From Microbacterium phage Pumpernickel, in sequence record OK040790.1: DNA of 24,000 nt. One strand, 5' to 3'. The notes beneath the pieces are model-generated. The model worked only from the letters and a program-made list of their open reading frames with translations. It did not search any database and had not been told where the DNA came from. Shown here one piece after another: positions 15,620-23,393 of the stretch. The stretch's first letter is position 1. Each line of letters starts with the position of its first letter. Both the position numbers and the translations under genes were made by a program.

Positions 15620-17629
15620 ATGAAGCGACTGATTCAGCGCCTTGGCGCGCTGGCAGTGGCAGGAGCGGTGATCGGTGGTGGCCTCGTGGCTACCGTCGCA
15701 CTTCCCGCGTCTGCTGTAGAGGAGGTGACCGCAGTTCAGTCGAAGGACGATGCCCCCGAGGGCACTGTCTGGACTCCCGGAGTTCCGACCCCCGAGACCT
15801 GTATGGTCACCGATACCGGAGTGCATACCGCTCCCGGTAAGCACCATGAGGCAGTGACCGAGCTTCGGTTCGCCTACAAGAAGACCACTCCCGGCGAGGA
15901 AGCAGTTACCCACCAGGAGTACAAGTACGAGCGCACTGTTGCGGACTTCAAGACACAGTATTTCTTCGCGAAGTTCACGCAGACGAAGACTCGCACTTGG
16001 ATCAAGGAAATCCCGGCACAGAAGGCCGTCTACGAGAAGTTCACCTGGAGCGGCCCCTATGCACCTACCGTTGCTCCTCCGAGCAACGGCTGGAAGTCGG
16101 CTGGCACCACGAGCGACACCAAGGGTTCTAAGCCTGACGTGATCCAGCACCAGGGTAACGGGAACGGCTCGTACTTCTACTTCAAGACGACCAAGGCGGC
16201 TGTTCCTGCCGTTCCTGGGCACTGGAGCGATTGGTCCGCTTACGGCCCCTGGACCCTGTGGCAGCCGGTACAGCACACCTCCTGGCAGGACTCGAACGCG
16301 CCCATCGGCTCGCCCGAGTTCCACGGTCAGGGTGACACCTGGTACCGAGTGTGGCAGCAGCGTCCTACCGGCGAGACTCGTCAGGTTCAGACCGGCACGC
16401 ACGTCGAGACGAGTGACTGGCTCACCGCGCCCCCCGCAGGCGAGGGCTGGAAGCAGATCGACAGCCGTACCGTGACTGACCGTGAGGCGACCGAAGGCAA
16501 GACGTACTACTTCATGCCTGGCGGTCCGCCCTCCGAGAATCTGTCCGACGCGAACTACACCACGGAGACACCTGGTGAGCCGTGGGTGAAGGTGGACGAG
16601 AAGCGTTTCCAGACTCAGGCTGAATACACTGAGCCGGATGTCGTGACGAACTACTCGCACACCTACAAGTCTCCGGACTGTACGGTTCCGCCGACGCCCG
16701 CTAACCCGCAGGCTTCCATCGAGGCTATCTGCGGTGCGGCTGACATCACCCTGACCAACCCGGTCACGGGCGAGGGTGACCAGATCACCGCAAGCTTCGT
16801 GGTCTACGTCGATGGCAAGTTCCACGCGGCCTACGCGGTCGAGGGTGGTAAGTCGGAAACGACTCGCCTGACTTTCGATGAGGACTCTGGTGAGCACAAG
16901 ATCGAGGTCTACCAGGCTGGCACTTCCGAGTACAAGCTGATCGCGGAGGGTACCGTCCCGAGTGACTGCATCGCTCCGGAGCCTGAGACCAAGGTCGAGT
17001 TCTCCGATTGGGTCGATGGTGAGTTCGACTGTGACGCCACCGAGGTCCCGCAGACGCGCACCAAGAGCGTGACTGAGTACGTCCTCGTCGGCAACGAGTG
17101 GGTAGCACAGGAGCCGGTCGTGACGACCGAGGAGGGTTCTCGCCCGCTGACCGATGAGGAGCAGGAGGCCGCTGACATCGAGTGCGCCGGTCCTCAGCCG
17201 GAGAACAAGGTCGAGGAATCTGATTGGGTGACCGGAAAGTTCGAGTGCGGTGACACCACCGTGCAGATCACCCGTGAGGTGACCGTGACCGAGTACGTCC
17301 GTGAGGGTGCCGAGTGGGTTGAGGGTGAGTCGGTTACGACCACTCAGACCGAGACTCGTGACCTGACCGCCGAGGAGATTGCTTCCCTGGAGTGCCCGGT
17401 GGTTGTTCCTCCGACCGAGGAGCCGCCTGTGGTGACTCCTTCGGTGGACACGCCCAAGACTCCGACCCCGGCCCCTGCTCCGCAGAAGTCCGGTGAGGAC
17501 GAGACTGGTACCCTGGCTACCACGGGTGGGGACGCTGCTCCCCTCCTGACCGTGGCGGGAATCGCGGCCCTGCTCACTGCGGCTGGTGCTGTTCTTCTCA
17601 TCCGTCGTCGGAAGGTTGCTTCCGAGTAA
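15620..17629 (+). CDS. Secreted, sortase-type (LAXTG) cell-wall-anchored surface protein (669 aa)
   Basis: ATG 15620 with AAAGGAC SD; signal peptide MKRLIQRLGALAVAGAVIGGGLVATVALPASAVEE; C-terminal Pro-rich stalk, LATTG, hydrophobic helix LLTVAGIAALLTAAGAVLLI, RRRK tail. Confidence 0.82.
   Translation: MKRLIQRLGALAVAGAVIGGGLVATVALPASAVEEVTAVQSKDDAPEGTVWTPGVPTPETCMVTDTGVHTAPGKHHEAVTELRFAYKKTTPGEEAVTHQEYKYERTVADFKTQYFFAKFTQTKTRTWIKEIPAQKAVYEKFTWSGPYAPTVAPPSNGWKSAGTTSDTKGSKPDVIQHQGNGNGSYFYFKTTKAAVPAVPGHWSDWSAYGPWTLWQPVQHTSWQDSNAPIGSPEFHGQGDTWYRVWQQRPTGETRQVQTGTHVETSDWLTAPPAGEGWKQIDSRTVTDREATEGKTYYFMPGGPPSENLSDANYTTETPGEPWVKVDEKRFQTQAEYTEPDVVTNYSHTYKSPDCTVPPTPANPQASIEAICGAADITLTNPVTGEGDQITASFVVYVDGKFHAAYAVEGGKSETTRLTFDEDSGEHKIEVYQAGTSEYKLIAEGTVPSDCIAPEPETKVEFSDWVDGEFDCDATEVPQTRTKSVTEYVLVGNEWVAQEPVVTTEEGSRPLTDEEQEAADIECAGPQPENKVEESDWVTGKFECGDTTVQITREVTVTEYVREGAEWVEGESVTTTQTETRDLTAEEIASLECPVVVPPTEEPPVVTPSVDTPKTPTPAPAPQKSGEDETGTLATTGGDAAPLLTVAGIAALLTAAGAVLLIRRRKVASE
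16991..17400 (+). repeat. Two tandem divergent protein modules in the surface protein
   Basis: KVEFSDWVDGEFDCDATEVPQTRTKSVTEYVLVGNEWVAQEP...RPLTDEEQEAADIEC and KVEESDWVTGKFECGDTTVQITREVTVTEYVREGAEWVEGES...RDLTAEEIASLEC. Confidence 0.75.
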
Positions 17630-17644
17630 CCTAGCTGATAGACT
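17616..17644 (+). promoter_or_regulatory. Predicted promoter TTGCTT-N17-TAGACT
   Basis: -35 weak 17616-17621, -10 17639-17644 in CTGATAGACT context identical to other sites. Confidence 0.5.
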
Positions 17645-17685
17645 GGCCCCACCTGGACAATAGTTCGGGTGGGGTCTAGTCGTTT
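17645..17685 (+). terminator. Possible terminator hairpin overlapping promoter start region
   Basis: GGCCCCACC (17645-17653) pairs with GGTGGGGTC (17668-17676), one G-U; weak T tract (TAGTCGTTT). Confidence 0.5.
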
Positions 17686-17693
17686 GGAGAGTC

Positions 17694-18080
17694 ATGACTG
17701 GTGAGACACTGAGGTCGGGAGACATCATCGCTGTCAGCAAAGTTGACCGTGATGAGAAGTTTACCGGCAGGGTGGAGTACAGCACCGAGGGGCCGTATAT
17801 CATGTTCGCGGGAAAGAGATTTGAAATCGATTACCTTATCCGGGATGGATATGAGATATCGGTAGAGGAGCCGTTCCCGCACCCGCTCCCCACTAAGCCG
17901 GGTCTCTATCGTACTGCGCCGAATGAACGACGTTCTCGACATGACTCGCACTACGTTTTCCTCTATTCTATAGAGAAAAATGGGGAAACCAGACTCTACT
18001 GGTCGCACATGGGTTCAGGGGTACATGAATGGCATAACTCCCTCCACTACAGCTACTTTCCTTTGGAGTTTATCGAATGA
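17694..18080 (+). CDS. Hypothetical protein (128 aa)
   Basis: MTGETLRSGDIIAVSKVDRDEKFTGRVEYS...PTKPGLYRTAP; distant similarity in pattern to 19300 CDS. Confidence 0.65.
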   Translation: MTGETLRSGDIIAVSKVDRDEKFTGRVEYSTEGPYIMFAGKRFEIDYLIRDGYEISVEEPFPHPLPTKPGLYRTAPNERRSRHDSHYVFLYSIEKNGETRLYWSHMGSGVHEWHNSLHYSYFPLEFIE

Positions 18081-18319
18081 CGGAATTTGAGCCAGAGTAC
18101 GGAATCCGATGGACTCCCGGGTGGAAGGACGCCACTCCAGTCGTGTACCCGATGCCCTCCCGTGATGCGGTCGTCATGGCCCTCACAGACATCTCTCGCG
18201 TCTCCATTGACCGTGAACTCAGCGCCAGCGGTCTAGGCCTCTATGAGCCTGTCATGAAGCTTGGACCCGAGGAGTGGACTCTGATACCGGGTATTGACTC
18301 TCATGGCGATCTAGAGTAG
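18077..18319 (+). CDS. Hypothetical protein (80 aa)
   Basis: ATGA overlap with upstream gene. Confidence 0.6.
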   Translation: MTEFEPEYGIRWTPGWKDATPVVYPMPSRDAVVMALTDISRVSIDRELSASGLGLYEPVMKLGPEEWTLIPGIDSHGDLE

Positions 18320-18322
18320 GAT
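18294..18322 (+). promoter_or_regulatory. Predicted promoter TTGACT-N17-TAGGAT
   Basis: -35 18294-18299, -10 18317-18322 begins with upstream stop TAG 18317-18319; ATG 18329 is 6 nt after. Confidence 0.6.
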
Positions 18323-18328
18323 AGGTTC

Positions 18329-18817
18329 ATGGCTAATGATGACATCGTAGACCTCGCGCTCTTTGACGACGAGGAGTATGTGGCGGAATTGATCTTCTCC
18401 GCCCGTGATGACGAACTGTGGGAACCCTTCCTGGATGACGATCTCATCGACCGCACCCAGGAGCTTTCGCGGCGAGCGATCCGGGAGTTGATGGAGGAGC
18501 AGACGATCACTGTGGGGTCGGAGCGCCAGGAGTTGACTCTGACCCGTCTCGCACTCGCTGATCGGCTTTCGGTCGTGAACAAGACCATCGCAGACCGAAA
18601 CCGTGCGCGCACCGCTACGGTGGAGGCGATGGAAAAGAAGTGGGCAAACTTCGCATTCGAACTGGCTGAGGTTCTGGAAGGTACCGTATTCAGCCCCAAC
18701 GAAAAGCATCCGCTCGATGTGATCATGAAGAGCGATGACCTTACTGCGCGGCAGTGGTTGAACGCCAGGCGCGCGCAGAGACTCGAAAAGGAAAAGAAGA
18801 GGAAGGAAAAGTCATGA
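18329..18817 (+). CDS. Hypothetical charged alpha-helical protein (162 aa)
   Basis: MANDDIVDLALFDDEEYVAELIFSARDDELWEPFLDDDLIDRTQELSRRAIRELMEEQ... Confidence 0.68.
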   Translation: MANDDIVDLALFDDEEYVAELIFSARDDELWEPFLDDDLIDRTQELSRRAIRELMEEQTITVGSERQELTLTRLALADRLSVVNKTIADRNRARTATVEAMEKKWANFAFELAEVLEGTVFSPNEKHPLDVIMKSDDLTARQWLNARRAQRLEKEKKRKEKS

Positions 18818-19086
18818 CCTGGGGAATTTGGGGTATTGAGAATGCCTATCGCAAGGGCGAGCAGCTTGGGGCTACCCACATGATCGTCTCGCATGACCGC
18901 GTGGGATTCGAGAACACCGCCACCTACGTCATGCCCGGGGAGGACCCGCGTGAGGCGTGGGAGAACTCTGAGGCCAAGAGTAACGGCTACTCCGCCATCG
19001 ATGAGGTCTACGCCTACCACCTCGGATGGGAAGACCAGTCGAAGGAACACCGAGCCGAGCACTGGGAGGGAGCGCCCAATGCGTAA
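18814..19086 (+). CDS. Hypothetical protein (90 aa)
   Basis: ATG 18814 overlaps TGA 18815-18817; MTWGIWGIENAYRKGEQLGATHMIVSHDRVGFENTATYV... Confidence 0.62.
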   Translation: MTWGIWGIENAYRKGEQLGATHMIVSHDRVGFENTATYVMPGEDPREAWENSEAKSNGYSAIDEVYAYHLGWEDQSKEHRAEHWEGAPNA

Positions 19087-19297
19087 TCTCGCTCCCAGCA
19101 TGCGGGTTGCGATCATCGTCTCTGTCGTGGTCGCCTGGTTCGTGGCTTCGTTCCTTGTCGGGCAGTTCGGCTCCACACTCGTGGCTACCGGGATGATTTT
19201 CTTCCCTCTAATTGCGTTGTTCCTTGCGGCCTTCATCTGGCTTATCGTCTCTATCTGGCGTCGAGCAATTCGGGATCAGAAGAACTTTCGGAGGTAG
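19079..19297 (+). CDS. Small membrane protein (72 aa)
   Basis: MRNLAPSMRVAIIVSVVVAWFVASFLVGQFGSTLVATGMIFFPLIALFLAAFIWLIVSIWRR. Confidence 0.6.
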   Translation: MRNLAPSMRVAIIVSVVVAWFVASFLVGQFGSTLVATGMIFFPLIALFLAAFIWLIVSIWRRAIRDQKNFRR

Positions 19298-19299
19298 TA

Positions 19300-19779
19300 A
19301 TGTCTCGGTGGGAAGACGTGGAGAAGGGGGACCTGATTCGCGTCGAAATGGGTGAGCAGATTATGCAGGGGCGGGTAGACTACCTGTCTCGGAGTGCGGA
19401 TAGTCTTGCGCTTATCAACTCTGGGTGGTTGATCAAAAACCTGGAGAAAGAAGGCTACTCCATCGACATTCTGGAGAAGCATAAGTACACCGTCCCCACG
19501 GAGGAGGGGCTGTACATCAATAGCCAGCGCACTAAGGTGTACTCGGCAAAGATGGACCCCAACGGGCTGGACCTTGAATGGGTGGACATTACCAGGGGAG
19601 GGGTGGTCAAGGTTATCCCTGTCGCAGACCTCCCTCTGGACAGGTTTCATCCTCGTAAGGATACGATCAAAGAGGTCAGAGATTGGTTTCTCTCCGGGGA
19701 ATTCTCCTGGGGAACAGTAGACAAAGATTCAGAGATGATTCGTTCTCTGGATAAGCATTTTGGATTGGAAGACACATGA
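19300..19779 (+). CDS. Hypothetical protein (159 aa)
   Basis: MSRWEDVEKGDLIRVEMGEQIMQGRVDYLSRSADSLALINSGWLIKNLEKEGYSIDI...PTEEGLYI. Confidence 0.65.
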   Translation: MSRWEDVEKGDLIRVEMGEQIMQGRVDYLSRSADSLALINSGWLIKNLEKEGYSIDILEKHKYTVPTEEGLYINSQRTKVYSAKMDPNGLDLEWVDITRGGVVKVIPVADLPLDRFHPRKDTIKEVRDWFLSGEFSWGTVDKDSEMIRSLDKHFGLEDT

Positions 19780-20423
19780 GCTACGAGCAGTATGACGAGC
19801 GTATCCGTACGCAGAAGGCAGAATACGAAGCCCTCCAGGAAGAGGTGACTAGAATTCTGGATGCATCTTCGGACGCTCAGGAGAAGCTTGAGGCCATCTA
19901 CACCGAGCGTTTCAACCAGAAGATCGATGACGGTTACTACGACGTGGAGAATCTGGACTCGGGTCGATACAAGGAACTCATGTTCGACATGTCTGGTGCC
20001 GGGTTCGACGCCTACCGTAAGGGTACGGCTATCCTTCGTGGTATCCACCCGTCGATCATGTATGACGGGAGCACCTTCGGGCCGACCAGTCAGCCGGTGT
20101 GGCGGATCATGCTGCTCAAGGATCAGGAGATCGACCAGGATTTGGTTCACGCTATTCAGCGTGTCAACGGCTGGATCGCGGACGGCTGGGACCCTCAGAT
20201 GGACAACACCTTCTACTGGAACGTCTTCGAGCGCACTCTGTCTGCCGGGGGCATCTACTCTCTGAACATCACGGGTGACGGCACCCAGGCTCAGGTCTGG
20301 ATCAAGTCCTACGGCCTGGAGGATGAACTGACCGAGGTTGTTGACATTGAGGAAGCTCTCGGATATATTGCTAAGAACCACTGGTACGGCGAACCCGAGG
20401 AGACGGAAGAGGATGACGACTGA
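19776..20423 (+). CDS. Hypothetical acidic protein (215 aa)
   Basis: ATGA overlap; MSYEQYDERIRTQKAEYEALQEEVTRILDASSDAQEKLEAIYTERFNQKIDDGYYDVENLDSG... Confidence 0.68.
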   Translation: MSYEQYDERIRTQKAEYEALQEEVTRILDASSDAQEKLEAIYTERFNQKIDDGYYDVENLDSGRYKELMFDMSGAGFDAYRKGTAILRGIHPSIMYDGSTFGPTSQPVWRIMLLKDQEIDQDLVHAIQRVNGWIADGWDPQMDNTFYWNVFERTLSAGGIYSLNITGDGTQAQVWIKSYGLEDELTEVVDIEEALGYIAKNHWYGEPEETEEDDD

Positions 20424-20817
20424 CAGCGAGCGTGACGCTCTGGCAGACCTGATTGACGGCTTCATCGAGAAGAACGTCCACATGGCTCGTCGTCTGTACC
20501 CTGACGTATGGAAGCGCGACCTTGCGGATGCGATCCTCGCTGGGGGCTTCGGTCCTGCTGCGGGTGCGGAGTGGGTACACTGTTCTCCTGACCTCCTCTC
20601 CGGAGGTGTGAACTGCGCCGACACTGCACGTCGGGCCTGCGCCTGCTCCCCCGAGAATGGGGGTCATGACCACCTCGTAGGTACGGACAGCGAGCCGTCC
20701 GATGAGAATGTTAAGGCCGCGCTTCAGGCGTACTGGGGAAGCGAGGAGACCGCTAAAGAGTACGGATCGGAATCCGGGATGCGTGCCGCGCTGCGTGCTG
20801 CTAGGAGTGCGCGATGA
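20413..20817 (+). CDS. Hypothetical protein (134 aa)
   Basis: ATG 20413 (MTTDSERDALADLIDGFIEKNVHMARRLYPDVWKRDLADAILAGGFGP...); listed upstream start would overlap previous gene extensively. Confidence 0.6.
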   Translation: MTTDSERDALADLIDGFIEKNVHMARRLYPDVWKRDLADAILAGGFGPAAGAEWVHCSPDLLSGGVNCADTARRACACSPENGGHDHLVGTDSEPSDENVKAALQAYWGSEETAKEYGSESGMRAALRAARSAR

Positions 20818-21068
20818 GTCTGGACAACGGCGAGGGAATGCCGAAGCCTTCACACGTCGGGCAGCCTGGCCCTCTCGGTGGTTACGGCGTCGGTTGGCAG
20901 GGGTCGCAGATCGACTTCGAGGTGAAGAATACCGTGAAGCCGTATGAGGCCACGGCATGGGACGAGGACGTGTGTGTTGCGTCGTTCACAACTCGTAGCC
21001 GTCTTGTGTTGTTCATTCGACTCTGGGTGTGGCACTGGAAATTCAACCGTCGATCTAGGAAGGCCTGA
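20814..21068 (+). CDS. Hypothetical protein (84 aa)
   Basis: ATGA overlap with upstream gene. Confidence 0.55.
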   Translation: MSLDNGEGMPKPSHVGQPGPLGGYGVGWQGSQIDFEVKNTVKPYEATAWDEDVCVASFTTRSRLVLFIRLWVWHWKFNRRSRKA

Positions 21069-21070
21069 TA

Positions 21071-21478
21071 ATGCCTTTGGAATATACCATCCAAATTGGG
21101 TATGACTCCCATGTGTCGGCAGGGTACGCGAAGTACGTCACTTCCACTCCTGAGGAGGCAATCGCCCTCCGAGGTACGAAGTTTCACCCTGACTTCGACG
21201 TTGTAGTGCGTCGTGAGGTCGGCACCACTGAGTGGACGTACGAGCGCGAAGACCAGAAGTACGACTACCGGCAGAAGATCGGGGAATACCGGCAGGCAAA
21301 TCACGAGGAGAACATCCGTCGTCTGGCCTTCCGACCGAAGCAGTCTTCGGCTCTGCCGCTGAACCGTGGTGTCAAAACCTACGGGCCGTTTATCCGATCA
21401 GACGAGCCGCTGAGTATCTGGTACTACACCCAGGGCGAGCTTGATATCGACAAGAGTTTCAACAGAGAGAATAGCTGA
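21071..21478 (+). CDS. Hypothetical protein (135 aa)
   Basis: MPLEYTIQIGYDSHVSAGYAKYVTSTPEEAIALRGTKFHPDFDVVVRREVG... Confidence 0.62.
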   Translation: MPLEYTIQIGYDSHVSAGYAKYVTSTPEEAIALRGTKFHPDFDVVVRREVGTTEWTYEREDQKYDYRQKIGEYRQANHEENIRRLAFRPKQSSALPLNRGVKTYGPFIRSDEPLSIWYYTQGELDIDKSFNRENS

Positions 21479-21978
21479 TGCATACCCCTGAACAGAAGTC
21501 CTACCTCTACATGCCCCTCAACGACCACGAGGCGGGGTCCCTGGACGAGCTTGCAACCAGGGTATACGGCCAGACCTACAAGGGTCAGCAGACCGGGGAT
21601 ATGCTCCCTAACGACTCTTGGCATGTCTATGAAATGGACAAGGAAAATGTCGCTGACTGGGTTCATGGCATGAAAGAGAAGCGGCACTATCTGGGCCTCA
21701 AGCGGGTTCCGAAGGGGACCGGACAGTTCGGTGGAGACTACGAAGCCATCTATCATGAAGGACATAACGCCTTCGAATACTGGCTCTCCCTGCGCCATGA
21801 TCCGGTGAACCCAGACAATGAGAACAACCCCCAGGATGGGGTAGACCACTTCGGACAGTCGTTCAAGTACGAGTTCCAGGTGTACCGGGAGGCTCCGGAA
21901 ATTCATTACGTCCTCGCTGACCTTATCGACCGGGGCGAGCTTCCGTACGGCACCTACCTGCTTCACTGCTGGTGGTGA
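21478..21978 (+). CDS. Hypothetical protein (166 aa)
   Basis: Overlaps upstream stop; MHTPEQKSYLYMPLNDHEAGSLDELATRVYGQTYKGQQTGDMLPNDSWHVYEMD... Confidence 0.62.
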   Translation: MHTPEQKSYLYMPLNDHEAGSLDELATRVYGQTYKGQQTGDMLPNDSWHVYEMDKENVADWVHGMKEKRHYLGLKRVPKGTGQFGGDYEAIYHEGHNAFEYWLSLRHDPVNPDNENNPQDGVDHFGQSFKYEFQVYREAPEIHYVLADLIDRGELPYGTYLLHCWW

Positions 21979-21979
21979 G

Positions 21980-22198
21980 ATGACTAAATACTACTACGAA
22001 ACCGACTACATCTACAACGTCTTCGGTGCAGATGAGCATCTGGTGGTTAGCCTCTGGAAGGAAACGAAGAACGGAAAAAAGGTCAAGTGGGTTGCAGAGT
22101 GGAAGTGGTCAACCTTCCTCTCCGACTCCTGGGCATGGAGCCGTGCGGAGAAGAGAATCCGTAAGCTCCGTGCCACCTATGACGCTGAACCGATGTAG
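21980..22198 (+). CDS. Hypothetical protein (72 aa)
   Basis: MTKYYYETDYIYNVFGADEHLVVSLWKETKNGKKVKWVAEW... Confidence 0.6.
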   Translation: MTKYYYETDYIYNVFGADEHLVVSLWKETKNGKKVKWVAEWKWSTFLSDSWAWSRAEKRIRKLRATYDAEPM

Positions 22199-22227
22199 TT
22201 GACATCTGGACTGATGTCCTGTAGGCT
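22199..22227 (+). promoter_or_regulatory. Predicted promoter TTGACA-N17-TAGGCT
   Basis: -35 22199-22204 directly after stop TAG 22196-22198; -10 22222-22227. Spacer carries GACATC-N6-GATGTC inverted repeat (22201-22218). Confidence 0.7.
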
Positions 22228-22263
22228 CTACCTGTAAGCTTCCCACACTGAAAAGGACTCAAC

Positions 22264-22674
22264 ATGAAGCGTTCCACCCGTCTTATCGCCGCTGCTGTCG
22301 TCGGCGCTTCCGCAATCGCTGCTCTCGCGGGCTGTTCTTCGGCTGCCGACACGGCGGACTACAACACCGTCCAGGCGGCGGAGAACTTCGAGGTCCAGCG
22401 GACCATCATCGGTCAGTCCGGTATCACCGGAGAGATCACCTTCTTCGCGGAGGGTCGGTGCTCGTTCGAGTACCCGTCCGGCAACCGAGTGGACGTGATG
22501 TGCAAGTACGGTCCCGACGAGTACCGCAAGCACGTCTTCATCCTGGGTGACCAGGACCGCGTGATCATCACGCAGGAGGAGTCCATCGACGTGAGCGAGT
22601 ACCACACCCGCATCATCCTCCGCCCCCAGACCGTCATCCCCGAGTTCGACATCGAGGTTGGCGAAGAGGAGTAA
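22264..22674 (+). CDS. Predicted lipoprotein (136 aa)
   Basis: Signal peptide with lipobox: MKRSTRLIAAAVVGASAIAALAGCSSAADTADYN; AAAAGGAC SD. Confidence 0.75.
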   Translation: MKRSTRLIAAAVVGASAIAALAGCSSAADTADYNTVQAAENFEVQRTIIGQSGITGEITFFAEGRCSFEYPSGNRVDVMCKYGPDEYRKHVFILGDQDRVIITQEESIDVSEYHTRIILRPQTVIPEFDIEVGEEE

Positions 22675-22676
22675 CC

Positions 22677-23033
22677 GTGAAGGTTTACGTCGTCGCGTGG
22701 AACTACCCTTACGAGGGCTACGGAGAGCCGCACGCCGTCTATGCTACCCTTGAAGCCGCAGAGAAGGCCATCAAGGGGAAGAAGATCGGAGCCTTCGATG
22801 AAACCCCCGAAATCTTCGAGCTTGAGGTACAGGGGTTGGAATACGAGTACGGCACTAGGTGGACTCTCTCAGAGGAGGCACATCTGCCGGGGACGGTTGC
22901 CACTTACCCTGAGCGGTCATTGGAGGAGGCAAACGAAACAATCCGCCTGGATATGAAGGCATCCTATAGCGCAGAGCCTAGGGGCATCATTGTGCGCAGG
23001 CCCGTAGTCGAGTGGGAAGAGGCAGAAGGATGA
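22677..23033 (+). CDS. Hypothetical protein (118 aa)
   Basis: Start at GTG/ATG 22677 region, MKVYVVAWNYPYEGYGEPHAVYATLEAAEKAIKG... Confidence 0.62.
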   Translation: MKVYVVAWNYPYEGYGEPHAVYATLEAAEKAIKGKKIGAFDETPEIFELEVQGLEYEYGTRWTLSEEAHLPGTVATYPERSLEEANETIRLDMKASYSAEPRGIIVRRPVVEWEEAEG

Positions 23034-23128
23034 GCAATTGCAGGTGCGGTTTCCTTGGTCTGCCGAGAACAGGACCGTATGCGAACCAAGAGCACAAGCC
23101 CTGGTGTCCCGCTAGACCGAACGGATAA
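23030..23128 (+). CDS. Very small Cys-containing protein (32 aa), absent from supplied ORF track
   Basis: ATG 23030 overlaps TGA of upstream gene; MSNCRCGFLGLPRTGPYANQEHKPWCPARPNG*. Confidence 0.4.
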   Translation: MSNCRCGFLGLPRTGPYANQEHKPWCPARPNG

Positions 23129-23139
23129 GAGGTAGAGTC

Positions 23140-23385
23140 ATGAGCATCGAAAAGGAACTGGTTCAGAGTATCGAGAATCTGAAACGGCCCACGGAACACG
23201 GACGCTATGCTGAGGCCGGATACAACGACCACTTCAACGACGGTCTGGACGCCGCTGTAGAGGCTATCGAAGCGCACTTCAGTTCGAAGTCTGAGCCGGA
23301 GTCCTCGACAAATCTCGATGCTGTCCGAGCGCTGCACAATGCGAACGTGGCGCGTAGCATCGGTTACCGACCGCCTGGATTCTAG
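23140..23385 (+). CDS. Hypothetical protein (81 aa)
   Basis: MSIEKELVQSIENLKRPTEHGRYAEAGYNDHFNDGLDAAVEAIEAHF... Confidence 0.58.
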   Translation: MSIEKELVQSIENLKRPTEHGRYAEAGYNDHFNDGLDAAVEAIEAHFSSKSEPESSTNLDAVRALHNANVARSIGYRPPGF

Positions 23386-23393
23386 GAGAGATA

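Noticed and set aside
15566-17803. 745-aa minus-strand ORF opposite the surface-protein gene
   Set aside because: Repetitive Arg/Leu/Gly/Val shadow translation; the + strand has signal peptide, sorting signal, SD and promoter. Treated as antisense artefact of codon bias.
18301-19236. 311-aa minus-strand ORF
   Set aside because: Low-complexity Ser/Arg-rich shadow of three overlapping + strand genes with ATGA junctions.
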